Assembly: GCA_030698625.1 (NCBI GenBank)
Contig: JAUYMS010000035.1
Location: forward strand, 9,950 to 73,949
Source of the DNA: Candidatus Omnitrophota bacterium
Lineage (GTDB): Bacteria > Omnitrophota > Omnitrophia > Omnitrophales > Aquincolibacteriaceae
DNA: 64,000 bases
Reading direction: 5' to 3'
The notes beneath the pieces are model-generated. The model saw nothing but the letters and a program-made list of their open reading frames with translations, made no database searches and had not been told where the DNA came from. Made by a program: the position numbers and the translations under genes. Of this stretch, positions 57,880 through 64,000 are shown piece by piece (position 1 is the first letter of the stretch; every line of letters begins with the position of its first letter).

Positions 57880-58586
57880 TGGCTCTGGCGATCGCCGCGA
57901 TTGCGCTTTCATTCGGTGTTCGACCTTCGTGGGCTGCAGACGTTAAGGGGAAGATCGCAGTGACGGGTTCTTATCCGGAGAATCAGACGATCGCCATCGT
58001 CAGGAAGCCGCATAAGCGTTTTCCCGATACCATTGAATCGAGGACTTTGCTTGTGTCTGAGGAAGGGTTCCTGCAGAACGCGGTTGTTACACTGCAGGGG
58101 GACCTGCCTGCTGGCGGCAATAGGTCTGACGAACAGGTCTATGTGTTGGATCAGAAGGAGCACCGATTCGAACCTCATGTCGTCGTCATGCCTTTAGCTG
58201 CGACATTGCGTATCCTTAACTCGGACCCGATGGTGCATGATGTGCGCGCGTTTGACGAAAACGCCAAAATCCTCTTCCGCTTGGATATGCCTGACGGCGG
58301 AAAACCGGAGGACGTCACATTTCCGGCTCCGGGCGTTTATGTCGTGCGTTGCGGCATCCACAAGTGGATGCACGCCTATGTGCTCGTGATGCCGGATACC
58401 CGGTACGCGGTCTCAGATGCCTCCGGAGAATTTCTGTTGAGCGGTGTCCCTCATGGGAAGTATAATTTAACGATATGGCATGAAACCCTGGGGGCGCGAA
58501 AAATCCCTCTTCAAGTAGAAGGCTCTATTGACGATTTTCTTTATACGTATGATGTATCAACCCCAACTCAACCCAAAGGAGTTTAA
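57879..58586 (+). CDS. Secreted cupredoxin-like plus carboxypeptidase-regulatory-like protein
   Basis: 'LDQ....FEPHV', 'NSD...HDV', 'CGIHKWM', 'G.F.L..VP.G.Y....WHE.LG'. Confidence 0.75.
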   Translation: MALAIAAIALSFGVRPSWAADVKGKIAVTGSYPENQTIAIVRKPHKRFPDTIESRTLLVSEEGFLQNAVVTLQGDLPAGGNRSDEQVYVLDQKEHRFEPHVVVMPLAATLRILNSDPMVHDVRAFDENAKILFRLDMPDGGKPEDVTFPAPGVYVVRCGIHKWMHAYVLVMPDTRYAVSDASGEFLLSGVPHGKYNLTIWHETLGARKIPLQVEGSIDDFLYTYDVSTPTQPKGV

Positions 58587-58587
58587 A

Positions 58588-59076
58588 ATGCGTTCTATCT
58601 ATGGAATTCTCAGTGTCTTTTTTCTGGCATTATTCATCGGGCAGACCCCTGTGCAGGCTGAACAGGTTGCTCTGGATGCGCCGGTTTTTGCGGGGGTTGA
58701 ACATCAGTTTACTTCCGACGTCTTCCGTGTTATTTCCGCCGCGAGCGGTCAGATGACCACCACCCCGGGTGCGGTTTTTACGGATGGCAGCGACGAGGGG
58801 ATGTCACTTCCTTACCTGGCTTCGCGGCCGACCTCGCTGACTTACCCGAGTTGGGCCGTCGAGAAGGGATGGCAGGGAGACCTTGTGATTGCCGTTGAGG
58901 TATTGCCTGATGGGTCCGTGGGGCAGTACCAGGTTATGCAGTCGACGGGTTATGAGGCCCTGGATCAGTCTGCCGCCGAAGCCGTTCGTTCGTGGACATT
59001 TTCTCCTGCGAGCAAAGACGGCCAGTCGGTCACAACCTGCGTCCAGATTCCGATTCGCTTCGAGCTCAAACTGTAG
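58588..59076 (+). CDS. tonB: TonB C-terminal domain protein
   Basis: 'YP..A...G.QG...V..DG.V....V.QS.G...LD..A..AV..W.F.PA..DG..V....IPIRF.L'. Confidence 0.85.
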   Translation: MRSIYGILSVFFLALFIGQTPVQAEQVALDAPVFAGVEHQFTSDVFRVISAASGQMTTTPGAVFTDGSDEGMSLPYLASRPTSLTYPSWAVEKGWQGDLVIAVEVLPDGSVGQYQVMQSTGYEALDQSAAEAVRSWTFSPASKDGQSVTTCVQIPIRFELKL

Positions 59077-59105
59077 AGCGAAATTTCTCCGACTCTATCT
59101 TGCCG

Positions 59106-60677
59106 ATGAAAGCCAAGACGCTTATGGTTCAAGGTACGGCTTCGAATGTCGGTAAGAGCGTTCTGACCGCCGCCCTTTGCCGCCTATTTCGGAACAAAGG
59201 GTGGCGTGTTGCCCCCTTTAAAGCGCAGAACATGTCCAACAATTCCTACGTTTGCCGCGACGGCGGTGAAATAGGCCGCGCGCAAGCAGTGCAGGCCGAG
59301 GCTTGTGGCATTGAGCCTTCCACTTTGATGAACCCCATCCTGTTGAAACCTTCTGCCGATAGTCAGTGCCAGGTCGTTATCATGGGAAAAGCCCGGTCTG
59401 GCATGGGTGCTTCCGAGTATTATGAAAACCGAGCTGAATTCGAGGCCATCGCCGACAGTGCCCTGGAAAGACTCATCGAATCTCATGAGCTTGTTGTCAT
59501 TGAAGGTGCCGGAAGTCCCGCCGAAATGAATATGAAAGACCGCGATATCACGAATATGCGCATTGCTAAAAAGTTTTCCTCTCCGGTTATTCTCGTGGGG
59601 GATATCGATAAGGGGGGCGTCTTCGCTCAGCTGTGCGGAACCTTCGATCTCTTAGACGAAAAGGAAAAAGAGCTCACGCGGGCTTTTATCATCAACAAAT
59701 TCCGCGGCGACAAAAATATTCTTGAGCCGGGGCTGCGGTGGATTGAGGACAAGACAGACCGAAAGGTGCTGGGTGTTGTTCCCTTTATGCCGGATCTGCA
59801 AATCGGCGAAGAAGATGCCGTTGTCCTTGAGAAAGGAAAGGCTCCGTCGATTTTGAATCAGAATAAAATCGTGATTGCCGTGGTTCGTTTGCCGAGGATT
59901 TCCAACTTTACCGACTTCGAGAGCCTGGCCAGGGAGTCCGGCGTCAATCTCCAGTACATGGAAAAGCCCATGAGAAACGTCCTGCCGGATCTCGTGATTA
60001 TTCCGGGAACGAAAAGCACGATAGCCGATCTTAAATTTTTGCGGAGTTCAGGCTTTGCGGATTACATCAGAAACTGCCATCGAGCGGGTGTTCCCGTTAT
60101 CGGTATTTGCGGCGGTTATCAGATGTTAGGCCGTCAGATTCTCGATCCTGACCATGTCGAATCGGAAAGCGGGAGTGCTGACGGTCTGGGAATGATTCCT
60201 GCCGTGACTACTTTCGTTGCGGTTAAAAAGACCGTGCAGGTTCGCGCCCTCCACGCCGAGAGCGGGGCGGAGGTACGCGGGTATGAGATCCATATGGGCC
60301 GGACTCAATTCCTGGCACCTGTCGAATCGGCGTTCAATGTGTTCGAGTCACAGCCGGAGAGCAACGGACACAAAGAAGGTGTTTATTTGTGTGCGCCGGG
60401 GGGAGATCGGTCACCGTTTATATTAGGAACCTACATTCACGGTCTTTTTGATTCAGACGGCTTCCGCCGCTTTCTTTTGAAAAGGGTGCGGGCCGTGCGG
60501 GGAATCCCTGACTTTGATGGAACCTTGTCGCAAAGTAACGATGGCCAAGACGACGCTTATGATCGTCTGGCGCAAAGGGTGGCTGAATCTATTGATACTC
60601 AGGCCTTGGAGACAATCCTTGAGGGGGCTGCGCAAAGCCTCTATACTAGCTCTCAATCTGTTCCACAATTGAAGTAA
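59106..60677 (+). CDS. cobQ: Cobyric acid synthase
   Basis: 'MVQGTASNVGKS', 'PFKAQNMSNNS', 'EGAGSPAE', 'GDIDKGG', 'INKFRGD', 'ISNFTDF', 'GICGGYQMLG', 'GYEIHMG', 'GTYIHG'. Confidence 0.97.
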   Translation: MKAKTLMVQGTASNVGKSVLTAALCRLFRNKGWRVAPFKAQNMSNNSYVCRDGGEIGRAQAVQAEACGIEPSTLMNPILLKPSADSQCQVVIMGKARSGMGASEYYENRAEFEAIADSALERLIESHELVVIEGAGSPAEMNMKDRDITNMRIAKKFSSPVILVGDIDKGGVFAQLCGTFDLLDEKEKELTRAFIINKFRGDKNILEPGLRWIEDKTDRKVLGVVPFMPDLQIGEEDAVVLEKGKAPSILNQNKIVIAVVRLPRISNFTDFESLARESGVNLQYMEKPMRNVLPDLVIIPGTKSTIADLKFLRSSGFADYIRNCHRAGVPVIGICGGYQMLGRQILDPDHVESESGSADGLGMIPAVTTFVAVKKTVQVRALHAESGAEVRGYEIHMGRTQFLAPVESAFNVFESQPESNGHKEGVYLCAPGGDRSPFILGTYIHGLFDSDGFRRFLLKRVRAVRGIPDFDGTLSQSNDGQDDAYDRLAQRVAESIDTQALETILEGAAQSLYTSSQSVPQLK

Positions 60678-60693
60678 CCAGACGGAGGAAGCC

Positions 60694-61452
60694 ATGAGGG
60701 TAATCGCATCGTATCTTGGACTCATTTTGGCTATGATCCTGTGCGGCATGCCGTTGGCCTCAGCGCAGGTTGCCGAGCATTTCTACAATCCGCCTGAAAA
60801 TATCAATCCGGATCCCGATTATGCGCCCGGAGATTACGCCTTGCCCGAGCTCTACGCAGCACGTGTGACCTACCAGATTCTAAAAGCGCAACTTACCGAA
60901 GCGGCCGCGGCATCTGCGGCTCCTGTGACGCTGGGTTTGGGAGAAATTACTTTTTCCAGCGCCAAGAATGAGAGCGCTACGGTACTGGGCTATTTCAGGA
61001 ATTACTTCGGAGCTCTGAATCTAGGCGCTGAGGGGCTCGAGTCGATGAATCTGGTGATCGACGTGAATTCCCTCGATACCGGAGTTCCGGGCCGCAACAA
61101 TCGCATTCTGGCCATTTTCTTTGAAAGCATGAAGCCCGAACTCGGAGTTGCAACCGTTAGATTCGATTCTTTTGATCTCGGCGGAAAGACTCTTGGGACC
61201 TGGCAAGACGGCCAGGCCGGCGTGGTTAAAGCCGGTGGCGTTCTCACGATGAATGCTGTCGTTCGGGAAATCTCAGCAGAGTTGAACGTGACACGGCAAG
61301 GCGGAACGTGGGTTGTCGAAAGTGCTTCGCCGTTGAAATTAATGATCAGCGACTATGAGTTTGGCAACAGGCCGTACGATCTCATGAAAGAATGTAACCA
61401 TAAAGCGCTCGGCAATGCCGTCGAAGTTAATGTGAAGCTCTACCTCAGATAA
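60694..61452 (+). CDS. YceI-like periplasmic protein
   Basis: Signal peptide; 'V.G.F', 'IDVNSLDTG...RN', 'G.LT.N.V'. Confidence 0.75.
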   Translation: MRVIASYLGLILAMILCGMPLASAQVAEHFYNPPENINPDPDYAPGDYALPELYAARVTYQILKAQLTEAAAASAAPVTLGLGEITFSSAKNESATVLGYFRNYFGALNLGAEGLESMNLVIDVNSLDTGVPGRNNRILAIFFESMKPELGVATVRFDSFDLGGKTLGTWQDGQAGVVKAGGVLTMNAVVREISAELNVTRQGGTWVVESASPLKLMISDYEFGNRPYDLMKECNHKALGNAVEVNVKLYLR

Positions 61453-61460
61453 ATCTCGCC

Positions 61461-63224
61461 ATGGTTAAAAACGCATCCGAATATAATGAACTCGATACCT
61501 TGCGGCACAGCTGTGCGCATGTGATGGCTCATGCGATCAAGGAACTCTTTCCGGATGCAAAGTTTGGCGTTGGGCCCCCGCTCGAAAACACTTTTTATTA
61601 TGATGTCGAATTGGAACAAAGATTGACCGACGAGGATCTCCGCGCCATCGAAAAGAAAATGGCGGAAATCATCAAGGCCGATCATCTTTTTGAGCGAAAA
61701 GTGCTTTCACGCGCAGATGCCCTCAAGTTTTTTGGCGATGCGGGAGAGACCTACAAGCTCGACATTATCAATCAGATCGGAGAGGCCGACGATATTTGCG
61801 CCTATGCGGAAGGGGACTTTACGGATCTTTGCCGCGGTCCGCATGTGAAATCGACGGGTCAGATCAAGGCCTTCAAATTGCTGAGCGTGGCCGGTGCTTA
61901 TTGGCGCGGTGATGAACGCAATCCGCAGATGCAGAGAATTTACGGGACGGCTTTTCCCAGCCAGAAAGAATTGAACGTCTACCTTCGCTCGGTCGAAGAG
62001 GCCAAACGGCGCGATCACCGCAAACTCGGAAAAGAACTGGAGCTCTACTCGTTTCAGGAGATGGCGGGCCCCGGCCTCGTGTTCTATCACCCCAAGGGCG
62101 GGATGCTGCGGTATCTGATTGAGCAGTTCATTCGTGAGGAACATCTGAAGCGCGGTTATCTCTTTGTCAATGGGCCGCAGATTTTAAAGAGTGATGTTTG
62201 GAAGACCTCGGGGCATTACGATTTTTATAAAGAAAACATGTTTATTTATACCGATGCTGAGGATAAAGAATACGGCATCAAGCCCATGAACTGCCCGGGG
62301 CATATGCTCATTTATAAGACGAAGATGCGCAGTTACCGTGATTTGCCGCTTCGTTTTTTTGAGATGGGGAATGTCTGCCGTTATGAAAAGTCGGGGGTGT
62401 TGCACGGTCTTCTGCGCGTGCGTAATTTTACACAGGACGATGCGCATATCTTTTGCCTGCCGGAACAGCTCGAACACGAAATTGAGAAAGTGCTCGACTT
62501 TATCTTTTTCGTACTGAAATCTTTCGGGTTCAAGGATTTTGAGATTGATCTCTCTACGCGTCCTCTTGACTCTATTGGGTCGGATGAGATGTGGGAAAAG
62601 GCAACTGCGGCTCTTCGCGGTGCTTTGGAAAAAAAGCAGCTGAAATATGGCGTGGAACCCGAGGGCGGGGCCTTTTACGGACCCAAGATCGATGTGCGCA
62701 TCAAGGACGCATTGGGCCGCTCATGGCAGTGCAGCACGATCCAATGCGATTTTGCCCTTCCCGAAAAGTTTAAATTGGAATATGTGTCTCCGGAAGGAGC
62801 GGCTGAGATCCCGATTGTGCTGCATCGCGCCATTCTGGGCAGTGTCGAGCGATTTATGGGGACAATCGTCGAACATTTTGCCGGAGCGTTTCCCCTGTGG
62901 CTCGCTCCGCTGCAGACCATACTGCTGCCGATTAGCGAGAAGCATGAGGGCTACTGCCGTGACTTGGCTGAAAGGCTTTCCGCGGAAGGCCTCAGAGTTG
63001 AGGTGAACGCCGCCAATGACACTCTGAATAAGAAGATTCGCAATGCCCAGAAGGAAAAGATCCCCTATCTTATCGTCGTGGGGGACAAGGAAGTCGAGAC
63101 GGCCACAGTCAATGCGCGCGCTTATGGCTCTCAGAAGCAGACCGAGTACTCGGAGCAGGATTTTGTCGCCAAGTGCCTAGAAGAAATCAAGAATAAGCAG
63201 GCTTCCGTTGAGGTCGAAAAATAG
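61461..63224 (+). CDS. thrS: Threonine--tRNA ligase (short form without TGS domain)
   Basis: 'RHSCAHVMA', 'DLCRGPH', 'RDHRKLG', 'KPMNCPGH', 'R.FTQDDAH', 'YGPKID', 'HRAILGS.ERF'. Confidence 0.98.
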   Translation: MVKNASEYNELDTLRHSCAHVMAHAIKELFPDAKFGVGPPLENTFYYDVELEQRLTDEDLRAIEKKMAEIIKADHLFERKVLSRADALKFFGDAGETYKLDIINQIGEADDICAYAEGDFTDLCRGPHVKSTGQIKAFKLLSVAGAYWRGDERNPQMQRIYGTAFPSQKELNVYLRSVEEAKRRDHRKLGKELELYSFQEMAGPGLVFYHPKGGMLRYLIEQFIREEHLKRGYLFVNGPQILKSDVWKTSGHYDFYKENMFIYTDAEDKEYGIKPMNCPGHMLIYKTKMRSYRDLPLRFFEMGNVCRYEKSGVLHGLLRVRNFTQDDAHIFCLPEQLEHEIEKVLDFIFFVLKSFGFKDFEIDLSTRPLDSIGSDEMWEKATAALRGALEKKQLKYGVEPEGGAFYGPKIDVRIKDALGRSWQCSTIQCDFALPEKFKLEYVSPEGAAEIPIVLHRAILGSVERFMGTIVEHFAGAFPLWLAPLQTILLPISEKHEGYCRDLAERLSAEGLRVEVNAANDTLNKKIRNAQKEKIPYLIVVGDKEVETATVNARAYGSQKQTEYSEQDFVAKCLEEIKNKQASVEVEK

Positions 63225-63380
63225 CACAATTTCAAGTCTAGTTTTTTCTAGCAATTCTTAACATCCTCACTCAATCAGCCTCGTTCATACGCCCCCCGTT
63301 TGCAATTTTTGCTGACCCAAGGCAGCCTTTATAAACTCTTTTGTCCGAAAGAGTTAAGGTGAATTTAAGGGGTCAAAAAT

Positions 63381-64000
63381 ATGCGGCGACATACCAGGGC
63401 GGGGAGGGTCTACCTCGTCAACAAAGCGATTTCCTTATGCGTGGCTATTTGTTTGGCGGTAACACAGACGGAGGCTTACGCTTTGTCCGTCGTGGATCCT
63501 GCGCCAAGCGTTAGTTCCCGCCCCTTCTCGTTTTCTATCCCCGATAACCTAGGCAACGTGGACGAATCCCATCAAGGTACCTCCGGAAAAACCATCATCT
63601 TCGTCCAGGACGCGCATGACTCCCTTGAAGCTCAGGAAAGTATTGCGGGCATGATCGACCATCTCGTGGGGAGCTATGGCATTAACACCGTCTTCGAGGA
63701 AGGTTACGAGGGGAGTGTCCCGAGTGATCGCTTTTTCAATGACATTCAAGATCCCGCCGTTCGCGAACGCGTGTCTTACTATCTCATGGATCAACTCCGT
63801 ATCGGCGGCGCTGAATACAGCTATATTAACCGCAAGCGGGATTTCAGGTTAATCGGTGCCGACAGTTTGAAATTACACCGTGAGAATCTTGAATGGTATC
63901 AGCGAGCGGCTATGCAGCGAGAGCTCACGGACCGGGATCTGGCTTCCTTGCATGACCACATTCTTAAACTTGCCAACAGGTATTTCCCTAGACCGCTCAA
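63381..64000 (+). CDS. N-terminus of a probable very large secreted protein; truncated by the window edge
   Basis: AAGGGG RBS; frame open to the edge: MRRHTRAG..signal..'IP..LG.V.....KTIIFVQDAHDSLEAQE.IA..I..L...YG...VFEEG'; missing from the ORF track because it has no stop. Confidence 0.85.
   Translation, partial: MRRHTRAGRVYLVNKAISLCVAICLAVTQTEAYALSVVDPAPSVSSRPFSFSIPDNLGNVDESHQGTSGKTIIFVQDAHDSLEAQESIAGMIDHLVGSYGINTVFEEGYEGSVPSDRFFNDIQDPAVRERVSYYLMDQLRIGGAEYSYINRKRDFRLIGADSLKLHRENLEWYQRAAMQRELTDRDLASLHDHILKLANRYFPRPL

Noticed and set aside
63549-63794. 81-aa minus-strand ORF
   Set aside because: Antisense to the open plus-strand frame starting at 63381

Overview
A gene-dense, ~55% GC chromosomal segment from a diderm bacterium. 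Candidatus Omnitrophota or another PVC-type lineage is inferred from the MoxR/BatA/DUF4175-like operon and the 'QDAH..EAQ' large-protein N-terminus at the right edge. From left to right it holds: a NarX/NarL-type two-component pair with two degenerate receivers; tag; a 7-gene MoxR-DUF58-BatA-vWA operon that includes a silk-like Gly/Ala/Ser repeat protein; a frameshifted sensor kinase facing a TPR/beta-barrel gene; two TMTC-like TPR membrane proteins; a deleted tfoX, nnrS and an SPL-like radical SAM gene; a Wzx/Wzy exopolysaccharide locus with a sigma54-type promoter and a 1347-aa multi-GT/GNAT fusion; pfkA and mscS; a cobalamin-riboswitch btuB-DUF4430-cupredoxin-tonB-cobQ operon; thrS; and the start of a probable giant protein. 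The most striking non-coding signals are three. (i) A ~410-nt, extensively base-paired RNA-like element on the minus strand at 52.1-52.5 kb that I could not match to any family. (ii) A c-di-GMP-I riboswitch carrying a 61-nt two-hairpin insertion, with a readable OFF-switch platform controlling a LapG-like protease and lying back-to-back with an atypical B12 riboswitch. (iii) Repeated -10 boxes 5-7 nt before start codons, suggesting widespread leaderless mRNAs. No CRISPR array, tRNA, rRNA or transposase was seen. All family calls are by eye from motifs; no searches were run.
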